From a virus (Duplodnaviria > Caudoviricetes): 64,000 nucleotides of DNA. Below, in pieces: positions 44,749 to 54,853 of this stretch (positions are counted from its first letter, which is position 1; the number at the start of each line of letters is the position of its first letter). Below the pieces are notes generated by a model. The model was not told the origin of the DNA, searched no databases, and saw only the letters and a program-made list of their open reading frames with translations. The position numbers and the translations under genes are program-made. Location: positions 96,001 to 160,000 of the IMG/VR virus record IMGVR_UViG_3300033075_000428. One strand, written 5' to 3'.

Positions 44749-46560
44749 TTATCCCAAGACAAGTGTTGTTACATCATTTTCACGCAAAAGAGAAATCTCC
44801 CCATTGAAGTACTCATAAGCTATTTCGTTGTGCGTGATAACGAACGTTGAGTACGTCAATCCTATTATGTTCCGAAGCATCTCCAGTACATGGATGATTC
44901 CTTCGCTGTCGATGCCCTCGAACACTTCGTCTAGAACGAGCAAATTTGTGTTTACGGAACTAACACTAAGAACTAAATCACGTAGCGAAAGCTGTATGGC
45001 GAGGTCAACACGACGTTGTTCACCCCCTGAATGGTCTGTGTAGTCTGAGATTCTACCATTCTGATTATGAATCAACTTGATATTGAGTTTTGAAACTTCA
45101 CTGTCTTCATTGATACCAGAATCAAAGAAGATGGTTTCTGAGGAGAATAGGTATTCAGAATAGATGATGAGTCTTGAGTTCAAGAACTCAATGTCCTTGT
45201 TCAACAGATAAGCTTGGATACCCTTCGGTGAGAAGATTTTATCAAGCTGCAATCTGTCTTGTATAATAAGTTCTTTCTCTTTGAAGTTCTCAGAGAGATG
45301 TACTGACTGTTCAACGAATGCCTGAATGTCTCTACCAATGTTCTGCAGTTGTTCTTCCAACAGGCTGATTTGACTTCGGATAGACGCTTCGTAACCACGA
45401 AACCGCTGAAGCTCATTTAAGTTCGTCATTCTTCTTTGGTTGAGTGAACGCAATGCTTGTTCTTCATTCTGAAGTTCGCTATAGATTGCATTCTTCTTTC
45501 CTTTGATGACTTCTAATTCATCTTTCTTCTTGGTTCCTGAAGCTGTCAGGTCAGACAACTCGTTGTAGAGTCGGTCACGTTCAGATTTCAAAGAAACCAA
45601 TTCCTCTTCAGTTGCTTGGGAGAGCACTGAATGACATGAGTTACACCGTGTAATAGGGTTGTCTATGCGTGATGACACGATGGTGTATCGAGAATTCTTG
45701 CTGTGATAGGACTCTTTGAGACCAATCAACTCAGTATTGATTTGTTCCAACTGAGTGTCGAATGCTGGAATACTGTTACGTAGGTTCTGTATCTTCTCTT
45801 GCAGTTGTTGCTCTTCTGTGTTGATAGTTTCAAGCCCACTTTCCAGTGTACTGATTGTCTCACTGCTACCTGAAGAGGAAAGTGAAGACTGGAGTGAAGA
45901 AATTTTCTCTGTGATTTCCCTTCCTGATTGCTTCTTTGAAGTTATCAGATGCTGGGTTGAATTTATCGAGGACTCAATGCTACTGAGTTCGCTTCTCGCA
46001 ACATCTAGTTCCTTCTTGTTCAGCTCACGTGCCTTCTCCCAGATTGCATTGTTTCGAATGTTCTGGATTGTTTCACGACGTGCAGTGTCCTTCAGTTGGC
46101 TGAATCTATTCTTAAGTCCCTGTTCAAGAATGATTATCGAGTTGAACATGTCTTGCTCAATTCGGATAATCGAATCAATCAGCGTCTGACTAGCCTTCGT
46201 TGTATGCTGGCTCTTGTCTTCATCGTTGATGAAGATTCGTATGTTATTCTTGAACTTCTTGTGTTTACGGTAGCGTTCAATTCGATAAGTAACATTGTCG
46301 AGAACAAAGGAGAGTATGACGCTACAATCCTTCTCAGCCTTGTAGTTAATGACTTCGTCTGCTGTTTTGCCCTTTGGTGTTGAACCGAAGATACACCAAC
46401 TGATAGCCGCAAATAGGTTAGATTTTCCAGCACCATTGCTTCGTGTCAATGAGTTGTCAAGATTCTCTCCCTTGACAAGTATCATGCCCTGTTCAAAGGT
46501 AAGTTCAACTGCTCCTATTGTTAGGAAGTTGTTTATCTGCAGACTTTGGAATTCAATCAC
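44749..46560 (-). CDS. sbcC: SbcC/Rad50-like ATPase (gp46-like)
   Basis: NGAGKS, coiled coils with CNSC zinc hook, SGGE, LDEVF, ITH. Confidence 0.92.
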   Translation of the reverse strand: MIEFQSLQINNFLTIGAVELTFEQGMILVKGENLDNSLTRSNGAGKSNLFAAISWCIFGSTPKGKTADEVINYKAEKDCSVILSFVLDNVTYRIERYRKHKKFKNNIRIFINDEDKSQHTTKASQTLIDSIIRIEQDMFNSIIILEQGLKNRFSQLKDTARRETIQNIRNNAIWEKARELNKKELDVARSELSSIESSINSTQHLITSKKQSGREITEKISSLQSSLSSSGSSETISTLESGLETINTEEQQLQEKIQNLRNSIPAFDTQLEQINTELIGLKESYHSKNSRYTIVSSRIDNPITRCNSCHSVLSQATEEELVSLKSERDRLYNELSDLTASGTKKKDELEVIKGKKNAIYSELQNEEQALRSLNQRRMTNLNELQRFRGYEASIRSQISLLEEQLQNIGRDIQAFVEQSVHLSENFKEKELIIQDRLQLDKIFSPKGIQAYLLNKDIEFLNSRLIIYSEYLFSSETIFFDSGINEDSEVSKLNIKLIHNQNGRISDYTDHSGGEQRRVDLAIQLSLRDLVLSVSSVNTNLLVLDEVFEGIDSEGIIHVLEMLRNIIGLTYSTFVITHNEIAYEYFNGEISLLRENDVTTLVLG

Positions 46561-47675
46561 AACAGTTGCTTGGCTTGAGTGAGTAATTTTAGTCCTAGGT
46601 TCTTGACGTTCTCCTGCCCTGTGAAGACATTATCCATGTATGTACCAAAGGTCTCTTCAAACGAGATAGCCTCAACGTCAAGTTGTAGACCAACGGTTTT
46701 ATCAGACTCCTCTTTTGTCACCAGACCAGAAGACGATAGGATTCTCGAAGCGACAAATCTTTCAAGAGCCTTCTGAATAGTCGCTTTGTCCTCGTTCTTG
46801 TGTATGTGATTGTAAATCACACAGCAGTTGTCTTCCAATGAATCAATGTCAGACAGGGAGAATGCCTTGACAATACGAGGACTAATGTAATTGGGTATTA
46901 GCTCCGTGGTCTTCTTTTCAGTATCGATTAACCACACACCACGACGCAAGTCATAGTCAAACTCTGTTACAGTAAACTGTTGTAAGCTTCCTGGGAGAAT
47001 GACATTTGTGAACGGACGCTGAGGCACATGGTGATGTCCGTTGAACGCAAAGGTAAAGTTCTTACTCAAGAATGATGTATCAACTACTTTCTTTGAACTA
47101 CCATGTTCAAGTTTGAATGGTGAGAATCCAGTTGGTGTACGGGACACAGAGTCAATTACACCATGGATTGTCAAGTGTCCGAAGAACAGTTTGGTGTTCT
47201 GTTCACAGCGTTTTAGAGCTTGCGCAACTGACTCGTAGGCTTCCTCGTCGTGGAGGAAATACGGTGCTAGAACCATGCTGAATCCATCGCACTCAATCAC
47301 TTCTGTCTGCTTTATCAACTGAAATGGCGGAAGCTTCTCCAACCAATCGATTGAACAGATTGACCTGTCCGTTGAGATGAAGTCGTGGTTTCCAAGCAAA
47401 ACGTAGTGTGGTATTTCAAGCGAACATCTTCTGGCGAAGTTCGTCATGGAAGTTGTACACGCTGAAATAGCCTTTGCCTCAATGGAACCTTGACTCTTGT
47501 AAAGGTCACCACCGTTGACGATGATGTCAGGACTGTGCTCGTCAATCAGGTTGATTATCCACTCATGAAGAGCGATGGTATAATCAAGTCGAGTCGAGTA
47601 CCCAGAATTGGAAGGGTGAGAAAAGTCACCAGTGTTACCAAAATGGGTATCAGTATAGAACAGAATCTTTGACAT
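46557..47675 (-). CDS. sbcD: SbcD/Mre11-like nuclease (gp47-like)
   Basis: DTHFG, GGDL, GNHD, FGH, GHHH, PGS. Confidence 0.9.
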   Translation of the reverse strand: MSKILFYTDTHFGNTGDFSHPSNSGYSTRLDYTIALHEWIINLIDEHSPDIIVNGGDLYKSQGSIEAKAISACTTSMTNFARRCSLEIPHYVLLGNHDFISTDRSICSIDWLEKLPPFQLIKQTEVIECDGFSMVLAPYFLHDEEAYESVAQALKRCEQNTKLFFGHLTIHGVIDSVSRTPTGFSPFKLEHGSSKKVVDTSFLSKNFTFAFNGHHHVPQRPFTNVILPGSLQQFTVTEFDYDLRRGVWLIDTEKKTTELIPNYISPRIVKAFSLSDIDSLEDNCCVIYNHIHKNEDKATIQKALERFVASRILSSSGLVTKEESDKTVGLQLDVEAISFEETFGTYMDNVFTGQENVKNLGLKLLTQAKQLL

Positions 47676-47686
47676 TGCGTGTTCTC

Positions 47687-48634
47687 TTAGTGAAGTGCTC
47701 TCAACACAGGATGAGTGAGTATCGGAGTGAGAGAGTTGAACTCATACTTTCTGAAGTACTGTTCAACATTTTGATGGTTGAACTGATGAGTCCTCTGTAT
47801 CGCATTGGACACAAGAACCTTTGGTTCCCTTGTGTACTCCAATTCAGAGAGGTCTACCAACTTGTAGTTTAGCTCGAGTTGCTTGACAACTTCAGGATTG
47901 CATAGCTTGTGGGGCACTGTGTCTGGCTTTTGATTCTTCCCGTAGTCGATGACGTCTTGCACTGTATATGAATTCAGCACATTTATCATCTTCTTGATTG
48001 ACTTCTCACCAAATCCAGACAACGGCTTCTTGATATTGTCGTGACCACCCAACATCGCGAGGAAACAGACCATCGACTCAACTGGAATCTCAAATGTCTC
48101 AACAAAGTTCTCTGCTGTTACAAAGCTTTGAACCGTTGGACGGAAAAGACTGATTGTCTTCGATACCATCTGAGACCAATCACCATCGTCCGAAATCAGA
48201 ATCGTTGGTTGGTTCGAAACGTCGAATGTTCTTGCAAAGAGGAATGCTAAGTCATCAGCTTCATAGCTTGGGCAAGACAATACATGCACACCCATGTGCT
48301 CTAAAATCTCTGGGACAAGAAGCTTCTGCTCTGAGTACAGTTCGCTGTTTGATTTGTCTAGACCTTCAATCTTCTCATTCCAAACAGATTGCTCCTTCTC
48401 AGTCTTGAACTTGTATTCAGGGTAGAGTTGGACACGCTTGCTCTTTCCACCGCCAAGCAGAAAGAAGATTCTCTCTGGTCGGTAGGTTGAAAGTGCATTG
48501 AGATAACTTCCGATGCTCTTGATTGCAGCATACACAACCCCTGTGTGAATGCCATCTCGTGTTTTCATCGTAAGAAGTGTCTTTGCGTACAGAGCACGAT
48601 GAAGAACCATGTCCCCGTCTATAACAAGATTCAT
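47687..48634 (-). CDS. 5'-3' exonuclease / flap endonuclease
   Basis: IDGD, YPEYK, YEADD, SDDGDWSQ, DNI..GFGEK. Confidence 0.88.
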   Translation of the reverse strand: MNLVIDGDMVLHRALYAKTLLTMKTRDGIHTGVVYAAIKSIGSYLNALSTYRPERIFFLLGGGKSKRVQLYPEYKFKTEKEQSVWNEKIEGLDKSNSELYSEQKLLVPEILEHMGVHVLSCPSYEADDLAFLFARTFDVSNQPTILISDDGDWSQMVSKTISLFRPTVQSFVTAENFVETFEIPVESMVCFLAMLGGHDNIKKPLSGFGEKSIKKMINVLNSYTVQDVIDYGKNQKPDTVPHKLCNPEVVKQLELNYKLVDLSELEYTREPKVLVSNAIQRTHQFNHQNVEQYFRKYEFNSLTPILTHPVLRALH

Positions 48635-48645
48635 GTGGTGCTTTC

Positions 48646-49836
48646 TTAGTCTTCTGGCTCTTCAGAAACGTCTTCAGGCAAGTCGGGTGAGATTGCAGCA
48701 GAGCTCACACCACCAAGAGCAGAGACCTTGAGAGTAGTCTTCAACGAAGAGTATTTTCCACTCTTCTCTAAGAAGGATTTTTCCAAATCAACTAGTCGAT
48801 TAACTAGCGTTGGATATGCACGGTACATGTACTGATAGCATAACGAGCAAACATAGTGGTAGAGGTCTTTATCCTGCTTCATCGATTCAATGACCGTTGC
48901 AGCAGAACGGAATGACTTCTCGATTCCTGGGATGAATGTGATTCCGTTGCTTCGCACGTCAAAGATTCCGTATGTCTTGGCGAACCATTGAATGGACGAG
49001 ATGCCATCGAATCCACCATTAAAGTAGTGGTCAACTTCAACCCAGTTGTGTGGTGGTGATTGCTTACTCTTCTCAAGTACCAGTCTAACCTTGTGCCCAA
49101 CTAGTCGCTCGTCTTGCATGATAGCGGCTCCACGTCGCACATACAGACGAACTGTAGCGTAGTGCTTCATTGCGTGACCGCCAACGGAGTCAACTCCCCC
49201 ACCATAAGAGCCAATCTTGTCTCGAACTTGCGAGACAAGAATGACTATTACTTTGTTTTGACTAAAGAACTTCGTTGCTGTTTTCAACCACATTGACATC
49301 AGACGTGGCTTCTCTGCCATACCTGAACCAATAAACTTGCCCTTGGTTGTATTCTCGAGTTCCTGTCTTGTTGGAGCAACTGTGATTGTATCCCAGTCAA
49401 CCATCATGCGGAGTTCAGGAGCAGTTTCTCGCAACTTCGTGATAGTGCGGGAAATCAAGTTGACACCGTCTTCAAAACAATCAGGCTCCGACATCAACAA
49501 ATTGTCAAGGTCTACACCAATGTGCTGAGCACGGTCTTTATCAATTGCTGACTCACTTTCCAAAAGCTGAAGTACACCATTGTCAGCATACGCCTTTTGG
49601 AATTGGGTCATCATGTGATAGGTGAGTGTTGATTTACCTGCGGCTTCTTCACCGAAGATTTCATACATTCGACCAAAAAATAACCCACCACCAAGGATAA
49701 AGTCCAAGCCCTCAACACCAGTACTTACTGGTTCCTTCAACTCTGAATTTCCAGCCTCTGACCCACGAGAGACATCCATTTTTAGGTCTTTGGCTATCTT
49801 CTTGAGTTCGTCTTTGTGGGTGTCAATTGCCTTCAT
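48646..49836 (-). CDS. recA: RecA/UvsX recombinase
   Basis: STG...LD..LGGG, EIFGEEAAGKST, SQVRDKIG, GGHAMKHYATVRL; start taken at MKAIDT. Confidence 0.92.
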   Translation of the reverse strand: MKAIDTHKDELKKIAKDLKMDVSRGSEAGNSELKEPVSTGVEGLDFILGGGLFFGRMYEIFGEEAAGKSTLTYHMMTQFQKAYADNGVLQLLESESAIDKDRAQHIGVDLDNLLMSEPDCFEDGVNLISRTITKLRETAPELRMMVDWDTITVAPTRQELENTTKGKFIGSGMAEKPRLMSMWLKTATKFFSQNKVIVILVSQVRDKIGSYGGGVDSVGGHAMKHYATVRLYVRRGAAIMQDERLVGHKVRLVLEKSKQSPPHNWVEVDHYFNGGFDGISSIQWFAKTYGIFDVRSNGITFIPGIEKSFRSAATVIESMKQDKDLYHYVCSLCYQYMYRAYPTLVNRLVDLEKSFLEKSGKYSSLKTTLKVSALGGVSSAAISPDLPEDVSEEPED

Positions 49837-49837
49837 T

Positions 49838-51124
49838 TTATCCTCTAATCTTGGAAATTGCGTCTCCGCATTCTGTATCATAGATACAGATTAGGCATTC
49901 TTTGCGCTGTGGGTTGAACACCGTCTGGTCTGCGAAACATGCTGGGCTAGAGTCTGGTTTCCGAATACCCTTTGCTGCCAACGTTGCGTCAACACCAGAA
50001 GGTTGAGTCACCGAAGCCATCTGTTGAACTGGTGGTTGTTGCGGCATTGCCACTTGTGGAAGTGGCGCTGGTTGAGGTGCTGACATCTGTTCAACAGCGG
50101 AAGGTTGCGCTTGAGGTGCTGATGGTGCTGGCTGAGTGAATTGAACTGGCGGTGCCACTGGTTGCTGTTGCACAGGTGGTGCATATGTCTGAGCAGGAGG
50201 CTGGGCAACTGGTGGGTACTGTGGCTGTGCTGGTGGCTGTTGTTGGACAGGCTGCTGATACTGAGGGGCTGGTGGAGTTGCGGTTTGACCTGGGAACGTA
50301 TTCCAATTCTCAGGATTAGCTGGTGGTTGCTGGCTTGGGTAGCTAGCTGGGACAGCAGAGTGTGCTACACTTGACTGTGCTGCAGAAAGAAGGTACTTGA
50401 TTTTGTCTTCAAGTAGTCTTGCCGACTGCATGATGCGTCCATAGATTCTATCATCTGGATACTTGTAAATCTCACTGAGATTGTACATGTTAGCCAGAGC
50501 GTTGTGAATCATCTGTTCGTCTTCAAACAGAGGTGTTTGGACTGGAACTACTTCACGGTCATAGCTAATCTTTTCACCCTTCTGGACACGTGTAATCTTA
50601 ACATCTCGTCCCGTGAATGGGTCAGTAATGTTGCCAAAATCAGGATCCATACACTTTGAGTATACCCAGTCCAGTGTTGTTTGCTGTGTCTCGAAAATGA
50701 TAGGAAGCGTTGGGTCGATTGGATACTTCTCTACGTTTGTGTTCGTTGTTGACCGCACCAGTGCGTTCATAAATGCTACTGGCTGTGGCTTTAGCTTTTC
50801 AAAGAACTTATCCAGACCACTTCCTCTGTACCGATTCATGACTTCCAGAATTGGGCAACTTACTCGATGCTCTGGATATGTCAATTCAATACAGGTATGA
50901 TATGTGGTTTCACCAGTCTTCTCTGGGTCTGGTACACCCCAGATGCGCCAAACCTTGAATCCCAACAAACCTTCTGAAGAATACGGTGGGAGAATCCGAA
51001 CCCTGTGGAGACCATTCGACGAAACCTTGAATCTCCGATACTTTTGATTCGAACCGTAGCTCTGAGCGGCTGCAGCCGCTTGCTTGGCAACTTCGTTGTT
51101 GATTTGAAATGGTTGGTAAGCCAT
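49838..51124 (-). CDS. single-stranded DNA-binding protein (gp32-like) with P/Q-rich linker
   Basis: RVRILPP, CPI, DFGNITDPFTGRDV; position next to recA. Confidence 0.75.
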   Translation of the reverse strand: MAYQPFQINNEVAKQAAAAAQSYGSNQKYRRFKVSSNGLHRVRILPPYSSEGLLGFKVWRIWGVPDPEKTGETTYHTCIELTYPEHRVSCPILEVMNRYRGSGLDKFFEKLKPQPVAFMNALVRSTTNTNVEKYPIDPTLPIIFETQQTTLDWVYSKCMDPDFGNITDPFTGRDVKITRVQKGEKISYDREVVPVQTPLFEDEQMIHNALANMYNLSEIYKYPDDRIYGRIMQSARLLEDKIKYLLSAAQSSVAHSAVPASYPSQQPPANPENWNTFPGQTATPPAPQYQQPVQQQPPAQPQYPPVAQPPAQTYAPPVQQQPVAPPVQFTQPAPSAPQAQPSAVEQMSAPQPAPLPQVAMPQQPPVQQMASVTQPSGVDATLAAKGIRKPDSSPACFADQTVFNPQRKECLICIYDTECGDAISKIRG

Positions 51125-51136
51125 GTTGGGATTTCC

Positions 51137-52291
51137 TTAGATGATTGGTTGGTTGTTAAGTTCTGTGTGTTCTTTGATGTTCTTCAAGAAACGGGCATCA
51201 ACAGCTTGCTGGAGATATGAGTTGGACACTGCGCTAGAACAATAGGTATTGAACTGGGAGTACAATGAGTTCTTTGTGTTGAGGTCAAAGGTCTTGTCCT
51301 TGAATATCAGTTCAAGGAATGGAATCGAGAAGTAGATTGCAATCGGGCAATTTGAACGAGTCTTCAACAGCGAAAGGAATTCTCCAGCCGCTATAGCAAG
51401 AGTGTCATGTGCTTCACGAACGGACTTCGCATTGAAGTATGTATCAAGACGATGCTTGTACTGTGTGAACAGTTGGTCATATTCACCCAACGTACAGCCA
51501 GAAAATGGCATGTGGTTCTTTGGGTTGAACTTACTGTTCTCAGTAACTTGTTCTTCTTTCACTGCGTAAATCTTGTCAAGCACATTGTAGTACTTGTCAT
51601 ACACATGCAGGGACTGGGTGTGATGAGTATAGGTACCGACTTCTAAGTTGACACAGCCAGCAACGAACTCTTGAATTGCGGAAAACTCAAAGAAATTGAT
51701 ACCACTGAATCCCCAGATGAGGTCATTGCTTCGATTGAAGACACTCATATTGAGCTTATTGTCTCGAACAAGGAACGACATAAACACATTGCAAGCTACA
51801 TCTATCCCAGGTTGATGGTCGATTGGTGGGTAAGAGATAGTGATGAATGCGCGACGTGTTGTCTTGTCATTGCGAAGAAGCTCGATACAGTGTTGCAACT
51901 GGTCAAATGTACCTGTGATTGGGCTTGGGAAAGCTCGTAGACGCACACCATAAGCAGAACGCCAAGTGTTGCCGTGGTCGTCTGAAAACTGTGGTGCTCG
52001 CTTCAAGAACGGAGTGAGATACTTTAGTTCATTGGAACCACCAAGAACCCAAAGGGTCTCAGCAATCTGGGCGATGACATTGGCACCACGCTCAGGGCAA
52101 CGGATGATTCTATCTCTGGGGTCACTCGCCATGAGTGTTACAGACAACAATTCCTTTGTCTCACCAGCACGACTAGGAACAGTCTGTCCATAGTTCGTCA
52201 TGGTGTTAGTCACTTGGTGAAGAAGGTCAGTCAGTCCGACACCCTCAAATGTACCACCAATGAAATTGTCTTCTGCGGGTTCTTGTGTCAT
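51137..52291 (-). CDS. thymidylate synthase homolog, probable dUMP hydroxymethylase (start uncertain, 52291 or 52351)
   Basis: ETLW, YG.RLR, DQ, TRRA, catalytic C, RSNDLIWG...N (Asn = dUMP specificity), SLHVY; context of 5hmdU-modifying enzymes. Confidence 0.82.
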   Translation of the reverse strand: MTQEPAEDNFIGGTFEGVGLTDLLHQVTNTMTNYGQTVPSRAGETKELLSVTLMASDPRDRIIRCPERGANVIAQIAETLWVLGGSNELKYLTPFLKRAPQFSDDHGNTWRSAYGVRLRAFPSPITGTFDQLQHCIELLRNDKTTRRAFITISYPPIDHQPGIDVACNVFMSFLVRDNKLNMSVFNRSNDLIWGFSGINFFEFSAIQEFVAGCVNLEVGTYTHHTQSLHVYDKYYNVLDKIYAVKEEQVTENSKFNPKNHMPFSGCTLGEYDQLFTQYKHRLDTYFNAKSVREAHDTLAIAAGEFLSLLKTRSNCPIAIYFSIPFLELIFKDKTFDLNTKNSLYSQFNTYCSSAVSNSYLQQAVDARFLKNIKEHTELNNQPII

Positions 52292-52433
52292 GTTATCAAT
52301 CTTGGGTTGGGATATTGGGAAAGGTTTGGAATTCTGAAATATCTCCCTCATATCAGAAATCAATATTTCAAGAGGATTGTCACTTGTATCATTATCAAAT
52401 TCAACAACATACTTACGAGACACAAGTGGCGCA

Positions 52434-52895
52434 TCAAGATTCTTCGGGAAATGCGTCTTGGTTGAGGAACTCTGCGTCGTCGTATTGGTTTTCAGAGATT
52501 CCACGAAGGGAAACGATTTCTTCAATCTTATCTTTGGTAATAGGCTCATAGTCTTTCCGTGAATAAACAACGCCTTCGGGGGAAATGTAGTAGTACGTAG
52601 TAACGATATATCCCTTGCAAACTGCATCGTCAATGATTCGTAACTCCTTACTCTTGATTCTTGAGTTACCGATTATCATCGTTGGTGTAAGATGCTTTAG
52701 CAGGAAAAGTGATTTGCCCTTCGTGGCATCGTATTTAGCATTGCCGTCAATTTCAACCACAGCACAACGGAACTTTGGCACAATTACAAAATGCTCTGCT
52801 GGGATGACTTCTCCGTTACGATAAGTCTCTGAGCCATTGGATAATCTTGCGATTAGATGACTCATCTTGCTGTAGAGTTTTCCTTCGTGAATCAC
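52434..52895 (-). CDS. hypothetical protein
   Basis: 153-aa ORF with acidic tail. Confidence 0.55.
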   Translation of the reverse strand: MIHEGKLYSKMSHLIARLSNGSETYRNGEVIPAEHFVIVPKFRCAVVEIDGNAKYDATKGKSLFLLKHLTPTMIIGNSRIKSKELRIIDDAVCKGYIVTTYYYISPEGVVYSRKDYEPITKDKIEEIVSLRGISENQYDDAEFLNQDAFPEES

Positions 52896-52996
52896 AGGGA
52901 ACCTATTTGGTTGGTGAGGACAGTCTCACTTTGCATTCGCCTAGGGAGAGAACGTGCGAAATTCTCTTAAGAACTTAGCTATTTGCAATCACGAGA

Positions 52997-53443
52997 TTAG
53001 GTAGAGTGGTGTTCGAGTAGTTCCAATTGAACAAACTGCTCGAAATATTGCATTGCTGCAAGGGTCGCGGGAGAACTGGGCACGTAGCTATTGGCGTAGA
53101 CCACTCGGGTAATTCCAACTTGAATGATAGCCTTGATACAACCTTCGCATGGTTGATGGGTAACATAGATAGTGCATCCGTCAAGACAAATTCTGGACGC
53201 AACGAGTAGAGCGTTGAGTTCTGCGTGAACGCATCTAACACATCGCTGTTGGTCGTTGAGTAAGCATCCGACATCCAAGCAATGTGGAGTGTTTTTTGGC
53301 GAGCCATTGTACCCTGTTGAGATGATTCTGTTGTTAGTATCGACTAAAACTGCACCAACTTTCAGTCTCTGACACGTTGACCGTGTTGAAACTTGGTGAG
53401 CTATGCCCATGAACATCTCATCGAACGAAGGTCTTGCCGACAT
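52997..53443 (-). CDS. dCMP deaminase
   Basis: RSTC.R..VGA, GYNG, HAELNA, PCEGC. Confidence 0.93.
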   Translation of the reverse strand: MSARPSFDEMFMGIAHQVSTRSTCQRLKVGAVLVDTNNRIISTGYNGSPKNTPHCLDVGCLLNDQQRCVRCVHAELNALLVASRICLDGCTIYVTHQPCEGCIKAIIQVGITRVVYANSYVPSSPATLAAMQYFEQFVQLELLEHHST

Positions 53444-53478
53444 AATCTTATGAAACTCAAAATTTTAGCGGTATCACA

Positions 53479-54420
53479 CTAGTAATTTCTGCGTCTACCC
53501 GTCCCACGGGCGATGTTGAAGTACTTTCTCGCTTCACAGAAAACGCTCTCAACGTTGTTCATCGACAGATATGGTTGATTGCTATATGCAGCACGATAGT
53601 AGATTTCCATCCAGTCCTTTCCTGTTCGGTCACGAAGCTTATTGAACATCTCTTCTTGACGCATCCATGTTCTCTTGATGTACTCGGCAAGCACTTTTCT
53701 ATTTGGTGTCGGGTCATTGTACATCTCTTGGAGTGACTGTATTGTCCCTGGGCCGACAGTTGCTAGGTCATGGTTGTCATCAAGCTTGTAAACAAAGTAA
53801 TGCGGTCTACAGTAAGTTAGGTCTTGAACAATCTCAGAAGCTAAGAACTCACCAATCAACCGAACCTTTGAAAGTGTCTTCACAGCTTCCTGCAAAGAAC
53901 TAGCCATTCGTAGCTCATTGTGAATGTCATCGATGTTCTTTGATACGAAGTCAAACATCAAGAGGAACTGAGCATGTTTGTCCTTACGGTATTCAGGGTC
54001 GAATTTCATCTGAGTGACGGTGTAAGCTGGGTTCCACAGCTTAACACCTTTCGCCATCTTTGAGTCCAGTACACGCTCGTAGAACTTCCAATCAAAGGTT
54101 CTTGGCTCAAGCACAGGGAACAGAATATCAAACGTGTTGTGGAGATTAAAGACACGTCCGATGATTAGGTTGAAGAGCTTTTCCTCTGGAGGTATTGTTT
54201 CCTTTGAACAGATGCGCTCAATGAGGTGGATACTTGTTTTGTCTAGTTCACGATACACGTTGGTGAACTTATACGCCTGAAGCAATGGATTCGTTGTCCA
54301 TGGCTTCGGCATCCCAAGCACAAAGCGGTTATGCCATACAAGTTGTCTGTCGTAAACGAATTCAAAGAGGTCATCCAATGTTGGCATGAACTCTTCAGGA
54401 AGCATTGCGTTGAGTGCCAT
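53479..54420 (-). CDS. 5-hmdU DNA kinase helical domain (aGPT-Pplase1 family)
   Basis: DRQ.VW..R...KPWT.NPLL..YKFTNVYRELD, R.FN, GPG, E..FCE..KY. Confidence 0.85.
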   Translation of the reverse strand: MALNAMLPEEFMPTLDDLFEFVYDRQLVWHNRFVLGMPKPWTTNPLLQAYKFTNVYRELDKTSIHLIERICSKETIPPEEKLFNLIIGRVFNLHNTFDILFPVLEPRTFDWKFYERVLDSKMAKGVKLWNPAYTVTQMKFDPEYRKDKHAQFLLMFDFVSKNIDDIHNELRMASSLQEAVKTLSKVRLIGEFLASEIVQDLTYCRPHYFVYKLDDNHDLATVGPGTIQSLQEMYNDPTPNRKVLAEYIKRTWMRQEEMFNKLRDRTGKDWMEIYYRAAYSNQPYLSMNNVESVFCEARKYFNIARGTGRRRNY

Positions 54421-54421
54421 G

Positions 54422-54853
54422 TTAGCTTGTGATATACTGTGGTGGTACGAATTCCCTTGGAAGAATGATGTTCTGTGGGATTGATTCGTAAATACTGAAG
54501 AAGACTTGTTGCATCTGCTCTATTGTAAATCCAGCAATTCCAGTTCCTATCTTCGTCATGAAGAACTTCATATTTGGATTAGTTCCAGCGATAATACAGA
54601 GCGTACTGACTTGATTCTCAATGTCTTTGAGCGTGATTCCAACAGTACCTGTTAGGTCAACTGTCATGATTGCGTAGCACTTTCCTTGGAATCCTATTGG
54701 GTTTCCTAACACTGCTCCAAAATGGTCAAGACACGTTCTAGCTAGTCCTGCTCCGTGTCTACCAGAGGTGTTGCTACCAAATACAATGTAAGTGCCCTGA
54801 CCGTGAATGTCTTCATGGTCTAAGAATTCAGGAGTGAAGACTGAGCGCATCAT
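54422..54853 (-). CDS. macro-like phage protein (FGSN..G.HGAG family)
   Basis: IVFGSNTSGRHGAGLA, G..YAI.T, F.MTKIGTGIAG, LPREF. Confidence 0.75.
   Translation of the reverse strand: MMRSVFTPEFLDHEDIHGQGTYIVFGSNTSGRHGAGLARTCLDHFGAVLGNPIGFQGKCYAIMTVDLTGTVGITLKDIENQVSTLCIIAGTNPNMKFFMTKIGTGIAGFTIEQMQQVFFSIYESIPQNIILPREFVPPQYITS

Noticed and set aside
51137-52291. dCMP hydroxymethylase (T4 gp42-like)
   Set aside because: Specificity residue is Asn, not Asp, and the neighbours are dCMP deaminase and 5hmdU-modifying enzymes
52292-52633. N-terminal extension of the thymidylate-synthase-like ORF, or a frameshift fusion with 52434..52895
   Set aside because: Overlaps another plausible gene by 200 nt, lacks TS similarity, and no slippery site is evident; a downstream start is simpler
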